Origin: the human T2T-CHM13v2.0 reference genome, Homo sapiens
DNA: 64,000 bases
NCBI RefSeq assembly: GCF_009914755.1
Contig: NC_060926.1
Reading direction: 5' to 3' (one strand)
Shown here: one piece after another, positions 13,180 to 27,859 of the stretch
Numbering within the stretch: position 1 is the first letter of the stretch
How the letters are laid out: the number at the start of each line of letters is the position of its first letter
Position numbers and translations under genes: made by a program
The notes under the pieces: generated by a model
The model's input: only the letters and a program-made list of their open reading frames with translations
Databases searched by the model: none
Told to the model about the DNA's origin: nothing

Positions 13180-14250
13180 CACTAGCAAATATTCCAGAAA
13201 GAAATTTCCATAAGCTGTTCTGATAAATTGTATATGATTATAGAACAAACATACAGTTTTTAAATTGGTTTCAATTATTTAGACAAACTAAGAGGAAGAA
13301 AAATGAAAAGTATTTAGATCAGGAACATCATCCAACCTGGGAAGAAGTAGAAGGGCTGCAGCTATTACAGTATTACCACTTTAGAAGAGAATCAAAAATG
13401 TTGAATTTTTATTGTTAGGACATGTAGAAGCCAGAGATCTTGAGATGTTTAGAACAGTTATCTGTGTTGATTCTTTTACATGGCCAGGTACTAACAGCCA
13501 CACTATATCATACTATTTCATATACTAATTATGTCATATCAATCATATCATACCATGTCATATCATTGTATCATCACATTACATGCCTCAATGTACCAGG
13601 ATTTATTCAGTACATCATCTCATGACTTAGATTGAATTCAAAGCATACAAAAATTAAAGGCTATGCCTAAATTGGCACTGAACAGAAAAACATGTGGAAG
13701 ACATCTTTGGTCCACTATAAAAGATGTGTCACTAAAACCAATGTTGGAATTCCATAACGAAGATATTGTATGTGTCAATGCTGACAAAGAAAAATCAAAT
13801 AGAAAGAAGGAGGCAAGTACATCTATGCTCAATTGAAAGAGGGCTCTGGAGAGAAGAATGATTTTGGAGTTAAAAAGAAGTGAAGGTCTTGCCTACCAAA
13901 TGCAGCAAACAAGCACCATCAGAATTCAGCTTGTGTATAAAAGTTTTCCTTTTATTACAGATTGAAATTGTCTTAATATGCTGTAGTTAAAGGCTTTGGA
14001 CTGATCATGGATAACAGAAGTGGCTAGAAACCTTGAGGATAAAATCAGATCATCATTTTACTGTAACATCACACTAGTCTATGGCAAAGATTAGAGTTAG
14101 TCTTGAGATTATTGCTGTCAATTTTATTAAAACAACAGGCCTAAAATATTCTGAAATATTCTGAAATAAACTATCAAAAATAAAATAGAAGACTTTAGTT
14201 TTCTGGCTAAGCTCTTCAGGTTTCACTAGGCCATATCTATCACTTGCACT
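13180..14250 (+). mobile_element. Highly degraded CR1/L3 LINE RT relic (patchy)
   Basis: Faint CR1 RT-like motifs: ttccagaaag (FQKAFD-like), tccaacctgggaagaagta (STWEEV-like), and an LV..LEYC-like stretch near 14060-14130. Interrupted by other sequence. Confidence 0.4.
13500..13585. repeat. Degenerate pentamer (ATATC/ATCAT)n repeat
   Basis: tatatcatactatttcatat...gtcatatcaatcatatcataccatgtcatatcattgtatcatcac shows 5-bp periodicity. Confidence 0.6.
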
Positions 14251-14789
14251 TTCTGTTCTAGATAGAAATTGAAACTGCTTTCACAGACAATGATCAGAGG
14301 AAGGGATACTGAAGGAACATTCACATCACTATGGCGGACACTCAACATGAGCAATTCAAATTAAGCATCACAGGTTTTGACAATTCCTTCACAGCTTTAG
14401 TGTGGACAGACGACTTTAGAAAGTATTTTGCCTCTGTTTAAACTCATGATAATTTCAAATTTCTGTATTAACTAGATGAGGACAAGCAGTTCTTTTTTAA
14501 GATGGTATTTCACATTATTCCTTTAGTATTTCATATCAAAAACAATACCTCATTCATCTATGATAAGAAATAGAACCGAGGTAAATATAAAAAATTTTAA
14601 ATGAGTCATACTTCAAGTAAAAGACAATGTTAAATTTATTCTGATCAGTTTCAATAATATTTAATAAAATTTGGACTTTAAATCTATCATGTGAAAGAAA
14701 TAATTTATTTTTAATCTATTGGGGATAGGAAAACAGAATTATTAAGGTAGGATTTTGAATTTGGGATGTTCAAAATCTGAGTGGAAAAC

Positions 14790-14932
14790 TATGTGAACAA
14801 GACCTTTTTTTAAACTCACTCAAAATGTGTCAATGATAGATAATAATATCTACTTATGAAATTACTGATATAAAGTGCTTAGCCAAACCCCAATATAGCA
14901 ATACTTAATCAATGTTAGCTATCATATTATTT
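14790..14932 (+). mobile_element. MIR SINE
   Basis: gataataatatctactt...ataaagtgcttagc...atacttaatcaatgttagctatcatattatt resembles the MIR core and tail. Confidence 0.6.
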
Positions 14933-15385
14933 CAAAAGAAATAATAGTTTCGGATAAAAAATAAAATACTAAAATTGAATTCTTAGAAGTCTGAATTAAT
15001 AGGCAAAAATTGATATAATTATTGCTTCAGCAGGTATAATTGGTCAATTGTTCATCTGTTTCTCTTGAATTTAATAGATAAACAATTATCTGAAAATAAT
15101 ATGTTGCCTCCTCCATTTAGATTTTTATAAACCTTTAATTGCTCTGTTGTCAAAATAAATTAATAGGAATGATCCAAAATTTTTCAATAATTGTATAATT
15201 GTAGTGAAAGCAGATATAAGGATATAAGTTTTGTTATTATTTGGTGGGAAAGTGCCTGTTTTCTCACATAAAGCAAAATACTGGTATTGAATTGATTATA
15301 ATGTAAAAATTATATTGCTATAACATGGACTACAATTCTTTCTACAAAGAAATGCTAGTAATTCTTTCATATTTTATGTTTGGAG

Positions 15386-16222
15386 GAAACAGACATTTCC
15401 CCCAAAGAAGACCTAGAAGCAGCCAACAGACATGAAAAACTGCTCAGCATCAAATCATCACTGAAATGAATATTAAAACCAAAATGAGACACCGTCTCAT
15501 ACATCAGTCAGAATGACTATTATTAAAACGTTAAAAAAACGAACAGATGTTGTGAAGATAAGGAGAAAAGGGAATGCTTTTACCCTGTTGGTGGGAATGT
15601 AAATTAGTACAACCTTTACAGAAAACAGTATGGCGATTTCTCAAATAACTAAAAATAGAACTACCATTCAACCAGCAATTCCACTACTGGGTGTCTTCCC
15701 AAAGGAAGACAAATTATTGTATGAAAAAAAAAAAAAAAAACCCCAAAACACCTGCACTCATACGTCTATTGCAGCACTATTCCCAATAGCGAAGTTATGG
15801 AATCAATCTAAGCGTCCATGTGTGGATGTTTACGTAAAGAAAATGTGTTACATACACATCATATAATACTAAACAGCCATAAAAAAGGATGAAGTCATGT
15901 CTTTTGCAGCAAGATGAATAGAGCTAGAGGCCATTATCCTAAATGAATAACACAGAAACAGAAAATCAAATATCACATGTTCTCATTGATAAGTAACAGC
16001 TAAACAATGAGTACACATGGACATACCAAGGGAAATGATAGACAATGAGTACTCAAAAGGTAGGTGGCAGGAAGGATGTGGGGTTGGAAAAAATTTTCTA
16101 TGCAATACAATGTTCACTATTTAGATAATAGGTACACTGAAATCCCAGACTTCACCACTATGCAACATGTCCATGTAACAAACCTGCACGTGTATTCCCT
16201 GAATCTATTTTTAAAAAAATAC
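15386..16222 (+). mobile_element. L1PB-like ORF2 end and 3' UTR
   Basis: aacagacatttccccc aaagaagac...ggtacactgaaatcccagacttcaccactatgcaacatgtccatgtaacaaacctgcac. Confidence 0.88.
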
Positions 16223-16258
16223 AATATTGCATGTGTTCAAATTTTTAATGACTAAACA

Positions 16259-16611
16259 TGATATAGTTTGGCTCTGTGTCCCTACCCAAATCTCATCTCA
16301 AATTGTAATTCCCACATGTCAAGGGAGAGAACTGGTGGGAGGTGATTGGATCACACTGTTCTCCTGATAGTGAGGGAGTTCTCACAAGATCTGGTTGTTT
16401 GATACGTGTCTGGCACTTTCCCCTGTGCTCTCTCTTTCTCTCCTGCCACCATGTAAGACGCCCTTGCTTCCCCTTCACCTTCCACCATGATTGCAAATTT
16501 CCTGAGGTCTTCCGAGCCATGCAGAACTGTGAGTCAATTAAACCTCTTTCCTTTATAAATTACCTAGTCTTGGGTAGTATCTTTATATCAGTGTAAGAAC
16601 AGACTAATACA
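16259..16611 (+). mobile_element. THE1D-like solo LTR
   Basis: tgatatagtttggctctgtgtccctacccaaatctcatctcaaattgtaattccc...gaacagactaataca; no clean TSD seen. Confidence 0.9.
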
Positions 16612-17231
16612 TTTCTGAAACATCTTATAGGGTTATATATTTTTTCTTATATAACTGAGTGGCATTTGCCAATATTTTATTTATAATATAGTTGTTCTAT
16701 AATAGTCATGTGGGAAATAATTCTAATCATCAGATTCCTCTTAGGAAGAGAGTACAGCCTTTGCTTAAAAGAATTGAAAGAATGGTGTAATAAGTACTTG
16801 TGTTAAAAGATAACCCATCATTCATGATTCCTAGAATTCTTACAACCCAATGTCATGAAAAGGAAAGAGAAAGAAGGAAGACAAAAGATGACACAATGAA
16901 GTGTAGACAGATTGAGAGGTAAGTGCAGTTATACAGTTTTGAGCTGCTGATGGATATTTTAAGGACTATGCTTTAAAAACCTTTAACAGTGCTTTCTCTT
17001 CTCATGATCTCCCTAAAAAATCTTGAGAATTTCAGTGCACTCACAGATGCTTTGTGGGAATGTGTATTTTGAAGATTTTAAGGTGTTACATTTTGTTCTT
17101 GGATCAATATTTAGCCTGAACAAAGTGGCTTCTCTGAGACCACAAGTTATAGGAAACAAATGACAATTTTTTAGAGTAGGTGCCAATTTTTTTACATTTA
17201 AATAATTATTTTGTTCTTTTCATTATTGACT

Positions 17232-17925
17232 ATTTTTAATTTTAGTAAAATATACCTAACAAGATTTACCATCTTAAGTATTTTTAGATGTACAGTTTGG
17301 TAACATCTGATACATTCATATTGCTGTGCACCAATCTCTAGAACTCTTCTTGCAAACTGAAACTCTATGTCCATTAAACAGCAACCCTCATGGCCCTTTC
17401 TTGCCGACCTCTGACAACCACCATTCTACTTTCTGTCACTACAAATTTAACTGTACTATGTATCTCAAGTAAGTGAAATCATACAATATTTGTCTGTTTG
17501 TGACTGACTTACTTTACTTAACATAGTGTCCCCAAGGTTCATACATGTTGTAGCACATATCAGAATGTCCTTCCTTTTAATGCTGGAAAATATTCCATTG
17601 TATGCATACATCATATTTTCCTTATCTAGCCATCAGTTGATGGATACTTGGGTTGACTCTGTCTGGATTTTGGCTATTGTGAATAATGCTGCTTTGAACA
17701 TGGGTATACAAATTTATCTATAAGACGCTACCTTCAAATCTTTTGGGTATATATGCAGAAGTAAAATCCCTAGGTTATTTTACTATTTGGAAAAGCCATC
17801 GTACTGTTTTCAATAGTTTCTGTGCCATTATATATTTCCACAGACGTTGGGCAATGGACCTGATTTCTCCACATTATCTACAACATTTGTTATTTTCTGT
17901 TTCTTTCTTATAAGTAGTCATCCTT
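17232..17925 (-). mobile_element. L1MB 3' end
   Basis: Antisense L1MB terminus (tagtaaaatatacctaacaagatttaccatctta...aactgaaactctatgtccattaaacagcaac...ttggctattgtgaataatgctgct). Confidence 0.85.
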
Positions 17926-20499
17926 GAATACAATTTTAATGATGTAAAGTCCATATGATATTTCAAATGTGATTAAAAGTCGCCATTTGGAATGGCTAAA
18001 TATGTATTGCATATGTATAGATAGGTATACCTAGCATGCAGTTATATTATACATATATAATACATATTTATACATATAGAAATATATATTGCTTATACAT
18101 ATACAATGCATTTAAATACATGTATGATAGGATGGATGGATAGATAACATATCAATCAATTTGGCCTATGAAATTTATATTATGAACATAATTTAAATTG
18201 ATCACTTGCATTTACAAATAACAGAATATTCAGATAATTACACTAAATTGTATTTCTAAAAATACTGACACAGCACCAAAAGAAATGGAACTTTTAGCTC
18301 TGACTGTTTATCTCTCACTTAGCACCACCATACCATATATCAAAGTCAACATAAGGTTACATTTAATCTTCCATTGAAGATATCAGATATTGTAGCTATT
18401 TCAGCTTATTTTTCCTCTATAAAAATACATTTATATATTCTTTATTAAAATATACTTATATATGTATACGTAAATAATATATACACATACATTATGTGTA
18501 TATGTGTATTTATTTGGTTCAATCTCTAATTTATTCAATGTTGAGATTAATCTGTTACATATATCAATAGTTCATTCTATTATTATTATTTTAATTTATA
18601 ATTCACACAATAATTGTACATTTTATGGGGTACAGTTTGATGTTTTGATGCAGGTATGCATTGCATAATAAGTCAGGTAATTATATTCACCATTTTACAC
18701 TTTTTTTTGTAGTGAGACTATTTGACATATTCTCTTCTTGCTATCTTGAAATATACACTACATTATTATTAGCTATAATAAACCTACAGTGTAATAGAAG
18801 GGCAGAACTTATTCTACCTGTCCAACTGCAACTTTCTACTCATTAACCAACCTCTCCCAGTTCCATCCTCTTCCCTCCCCTCCCCAGCCTCTTGGTTACA
18901 CAATTCTGCTTTGTACTTTGAAATCCACTTTTTTCATATACATTATAAAACTGATTTTGCTATTTCCATGAAGAATATCATTGGTATTTTGATAAGGATT
19001 GTATTGAATCTGTAGATTGCTTTTCTGTAATATGGACATTTTAACAATATTAATTCTCCCAATCCATGAACATAGGCTATCTTTCCATTTATTTGTTTTT
19101 TTTTCCATTTCTTTTCTATTTTTGTTATTGCTTTCTTGATCTTGTTCTTTGATTTTGTTCTCAGTTTGCTACTGGCATATAAAAATACTAATGATTTTTG
19201 TATGTTAATTTACAATAATGCAACTTTACTGGATTTGCCTATTAGTTCTAACCATGGATTAGTGGAGTCTGTAGGGTTTCTGTATATATGATCACGTCAT
19301 CTGCGAAAACAGACAATTTAATTTCATCCTTCCTAATTTGAATGCCCTTTATATACTTCTCTCACCTAAATTTCTCTGGCTAGAACTTCCAATACTATGT
19401 TGAACGAAAGTAGTCAAAATGGACTTTCTTGCCTTGTTTACTATCTCAGAAAAAAAGGCTTTCAACTCTTCCCCATTCAATATGATGTTAGATGTGGTTT
19501 TGTCTTATGTGACCTTTATTATTCGGAGGTATGTTGCTTCTATATCCAATTTGTTAAAGAGTTTGTATTATGAAGAGATGAATTATTTTCAATGCTTTTT
19601 CACCATCTATTGAAATGATTACATGAATTTTGTCTTTGAGTCTGTTAGTGTGATGTATCATCTTAACTAATTTGTTATGTTGAAAAATCCTTGCAACTCT
19701 GGGATGAATCTAATTTGATCAGGGTAAATGAATTTTGTAATATTTTGTTGAACTTAGTTTGCTAGTATTTTTGTTGGGAATTTTTGCATCTTTGTTTATC
19801 TGGAATAAATAAATTTCTTCTTTTGTTGTTTTATCCTAGCTCAGTTTTGATATCTGGGTAACACCAGCCTTGTGAAATGAGTTTAGAATTATTTCCTATT
19901 TTTCAATTTTTTTAAATAGTTTGAGCAGAATTGGTATTAGTTTTTCTTTAAATACTTGGTAGAATTTAACAGTAAAGTCTCAGGTACTAAGCTTTTCTCA
20001 GATGGGATACCTTTTTATGGCTTCAATTTTGTTACTTCCTATTTGTATGCTAAAATATTCTATATTATGATTCAATCTTGATAAGGGTTGTGTGTCTAGA
20101 AATTTGTCCATTTCTTCTAGGTGTTCCAATTTGTTGGTATGTACGTATGGCCAGTGGATATAACAATGATACCATCACATGGGTATAACAATTATAAACA
20201 TATATGCACTCAACACTGGAGCATCTAAATATATAAAGATGACATTAAGAGTCCTAAAGGTAGTTATCAACTGTAGTACGATAAAAATAGGCAACTTCAT
20301 TATCCTTACTTTTATCAGTGAAGAGAACATCCAAACAGAAAATTAACAAAGAAGCATCGGAGACAGACAGCACTCCAGACCAAATGAATCTAACAGAAAT
20401 CTTCTTCCAGATATATTGGAGTTCCTTTATATGTTACCCACTTTTTTTCTCTTGCTGGTTTTAGAATCTTCTCTTTGTCCTTGACCTTGGAGAGTTTAA

Positions 20500-20808
<309 letters not shown>

Positions 20809-21037
20809 GAGAGTTTAACTGTTATACACCTTGAGGTGTTCTTACTTGGATTGTAACTGCTTGGTGATATTGGACCTTCCTGTAACTGGGTATTTATACC
20901 TTTCTCTAGGTTTGGAAATTTTTGTACTATTATTTCTTTGAATAAGCTTTCTACCTTTTTCTCTTTCTCTAATCCCTCCTGATGACTAATGATTTACATT
21001 TGTTATTTGATGCTATCATATAGATATCATAAGCATT

Positions 21038-21157
21038 TTTTTTTTTTTTTTTGAGACGGAGTCATGCTCTGTCGCCCAGGCTAGAGTGGAGTGGTGCAAT
21101 CTCGGCTCACTGCAAGCTCTGCCTCCTGAGTTCATGCCATTCTCCTGCCTCAGCCTC
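21038..21157 (-). mobile_element. 5'-truncated AluY (part of right arm) with TSD
   Basis: PolyT plus ~105 bp of AluY right arm; perfect 16-bp TSD agatatcataagcatt at 21022-21037 and 21158-21173. Confidence 0.93.
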
Positions 21158-21404
21158 AGATATCATAAGCATTATTTTTTCCTTTGTATTCTTTCTTTTT
21201 TCTTACCTGACTGTATATTTTTAAAGAGCCTGTCTTTTAACTCATTTATTCTTTCTTCTGCTTTATCACTTCTGCTCTGATATCCTCTAATTCATTTTTA
21301 AGTACATCAATTGCATTTTTTATCTCCAGCATTTCTGTATAATTTTTAAAATTATTTCAATCTCATTATTAAATTTCACTGATAAATTTCTGAGTTGCTT
21401 TTCT

Positions 21405-21431
21405 GTGTGTGTGTGTGTTTGTGTGTGTGTG
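21405..21431. repeat. (TG)n microsatellite
   Basis: TG run inside the L1. Confidence 0.9.
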
Positions 21432-22687
21432 CAAAATTTACTAAGTTTTCTCAAAACAACTATTTTGAATTCCATCTGAGAAATCACACGTCATTTTTCC
21501 CGGGTTGGTCATGGGTGCCCTATTCAGTCCTTTTAGTAAATTTATATTTCCCTGAATGTTCTTGATGCTTGTACATGTATGTTGATGTCTGTGTATGGAA
21601 GAATTATTTATTGCAGTCTTCACAGTGTGGCCTTGTTTGTACCCTTCCTTGTTTAGAGGGCCTTCTAGGAATGCAAAGGGAACTGACTGTTGACCCCTAA
21701 GCCTGTGGTCATACAGTCATGTCAGCACTATAGGGTAGCCTAATTCCCTGTTTGCTGAGACTCTATAGCATACTCTGAGGTCTTCATGCCTGAAGGACAT
21801 GGGTAAGTTCAAGGAGAGTTCTCTGGGTTAGCATGCAAAGTCCATCACTCTCTTCCCTTTCCTCCCCTCAAGTTTCTCTGCACTGTGCTACCTGGAGTCA
21901 GGAGATAAGTGTAGTGGGATTTCCTGTGTCTAGCACAGCTGGTACCTAGCTGGGGATGCAGTCAAATCTCGTGGCCTCCCAGAACACAACACCACTGAAG
22001 CTCACTCAAGCGCCATAGTCGCTATAGCCTGCCTGCCAATGAAATTTATTCGGAGCCTGAGGCCACTTTTGACAGCTATCAGGGAAGTCAGCTAGGATTC
22101 AGGTTCATCCTTCTGGGGCAACAAATTTACTTTTGTCATAGGTGAGTCTAGGAAATCTGTCCATGGGCACCGGCCTGGAATCAGGGGATCCAAGTACATC
22201 CTCACACTGTTGAGGCAGGACCAGTTCCAAGGCAAAGTCTCATGCACATTTTCCTCCCCCTTCCCCAAGTTAACAGATTACTTCTCCACACTCTGCTCCC
22301 TGTGGTTAGGTGAAGGGTTGTGTAGGTAATGTGACAGTCCTCTTTCTACCCTCCTCAATGTGTCTTTTCTTGTTATTATGCTAAAACCAGGTACTGTGAT
22401 CTCTCACCTGGTTTACTTAGCTCTTGTGAATGTATGTTTTTTTTTTTAAACATAAAAGTTGTTCAATTTGATGTTCCTGTGGAGATGATCAATGGAGTAT
22501 TCCATTTTATAAAATTTCACTAAAATTCTTACTTTAGACAATATTTTAATCTTACTGTAATTTATTTTTAAAGGCATTAGTTATCTGTAAAAGACTAAAA
22601 TTCATAGATATGTACAGGCCATAATTTTTGAGTAATATTAAACAGTGCTATCATTTTTACTTAACCTTCGCTTTATCTTTAAAAGAA

Positions 22688-22738
22688 ATATAAATATTTT
22701 TATGATATAATATAAATATTTTTATGATATAAATATAA
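22688..22738. repeat. AT-rich ~24-bp tandem duplication
   Basis: ataaatatttttatgatataaat occurs twice in tandem. Confidence 0.8.
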
Positions 22739-22899
22739 TGTTTTTCAAAAAATATATTAAAATCTTTATGGTAGAAGCAAATAAATTGTTTCCCAACATC
22801 TTGTATATTTTTCTTTCTCAGTAATAAAATGTCAGCTTAAAAAAATAAAAGAAGCCAACAAGAAAAATAAATATAATTATAATATTATGTTGTTCATAC

Positions 22900-25670
<2,771 letters not shown>

Positions 25671-27488
25671 TGATGTTTTGTTGACTGGTAGGTGTACTAC
25701 AATGCAACTTATCAAAAAACAAAAAGAAAACCTACATGAGAACAACTGCCTTTTAGTTTGTTCTTTTATATAAACATTAGTACGTTTAGTTTACAAATTT
25801 ATAACAACAAACTTATAATAACAATTTTGTAACAACAAATACTGAATCTATTATATTATCCTAAAATATTTTTTATTGTTAACAAGACTGCTGCCCAGGT
25901 TATTTTCAAGGGGCTGGGAGAGTGGTGAAAGGAGTAAGGTCATCTGTTTTATTTGTTTTAATGCCTGAATGCTCACATTATTTTTTTCTGTGCAAAAATA
26001 TTTAAGATTTAATCAGTATGTTTCTACTTATGCAATATATTTTTTTTCTGAAATATATGGGAATGAAATTTTTACCCGCTTTCTCTCCTTTTTTCATTCA
26101 GTTCAGGATTAGTTCCTTCTCTTACAGTTTTGACTATTACTTTTTCATTTGTATGGTCCTTTATTAGTTCCTTATAATTTCAAAATTCTGTATCTAAATG
26201 TTAGCATTTGTACCTATAATTCTGCCTATTTCTCTAGTTACAGCTCTGTCTTTGGCTAATCACAGATTTCTTTTTAATGTCTGTATTCTTTTGCATGATT
26301 TTGGAGAAAATTTTCTAACATGTCTCCAAATCCCAAGTGTAGATTCTTTACAGTTTCTGAAAATCACATTTGCTCAATTGTAGCAATTTTAAATTGAGAT
26401 CAAATGTAATATAAATGTTCACAGGATTCCAATTAAAAACAAAATATTTTCAAAGGATTTATTTTATTTTTCGCAAAATGATTTATGAAAGTATATTTGT
26501 TCTAATGTTCAGGTTATTCCACTTATATTTAATTGTTTATTATACTCATATCCCTAATGCTATTTGTTTTCTTGCTTATTCTTTCTAAGGTACAAAAATA
26601 TAATCGCCAGCATTATAAATTGTGGGTTCTTTTCATATTCAAATCATTTCGCTTAGATGAGAGAAGAATAAGATTTTATATCTGAAGTATTTTAGTTTAA
26701 AAAGTTACAGCTTATGATGAAAACCACCTTTAAATAATAAATAGATATTCCAAGTGGATGGGAAAAAAAACTTGTAGCCATAAGTTACCAAACTTTAAGA
26801 GGCTACTTAAAAGGTGCATTGATAACATATATTTGAAAGGTCAACTATGCCTTTGAAAGGAGACCATATTTATATGTAAAAACAAAGGAAGTTACAATAT
26901 TTGTTCTGAAGAACAAAGGAGGTGGGACATTGAAGATCTGTAAAAGACTCGTGAAGCTTGTTCAAGGGAGTAACACATCAAAAATATCTTTCTTATTTGA
27001 TAATAACTTTTAGTGCAGGTGTCATGCCTCCCTGTTGAGCAGTAGAATGTCTCATCTTTCTAAATTAAAATTTAAAAGTCCTCTCCATCCCTGCCAATCA
27101 TTGGGAAAAATCTTCAAGAGGGTCTTGATTATACTCTAATATAAATTAAAACCTGACATTGTGTTGAGATAAGGAACTTTGGTGTGCTGTGTGTGATTAC
27201 CACTCTTCTGGTTGATTACCACTTTTCTTCTTCTTTCTTGCAATACAATTTTTTAAACAGTAAAACCTGATTAAAATACTCTGTAGAAAAGCTTTAATGT
27301 TTATTGATATCAATCTTGCTTACCTGGTCTTCAGTCATGCATACCATTTTAGTTTTAAGCTCCCACAAACCATTATTCACCTTCCCTCTACTGTGGTTCC
27401 TCTTGTCTGGCCTCTCCTCAGGTGAGTGACCATGCCTACCAGTGATCAAGAGGGACAGAGCCTTTGACAGTTGAAGTGGGGAGCCTCA

Positions 27489-27859
<371 letters not shown>

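Noticed and set aside
17995-18515. TA-rich quasi-palindromes
   Set aside because: Low-complexity (TA/CA/TG) sequence is self-complementary by composition.
26700-27230. Possible ERV1 LTR remnant with a short tgattaccact duplication
   Set aside because: I could not match it to a family with confidence, and an 11-bp duplication is commonplace.
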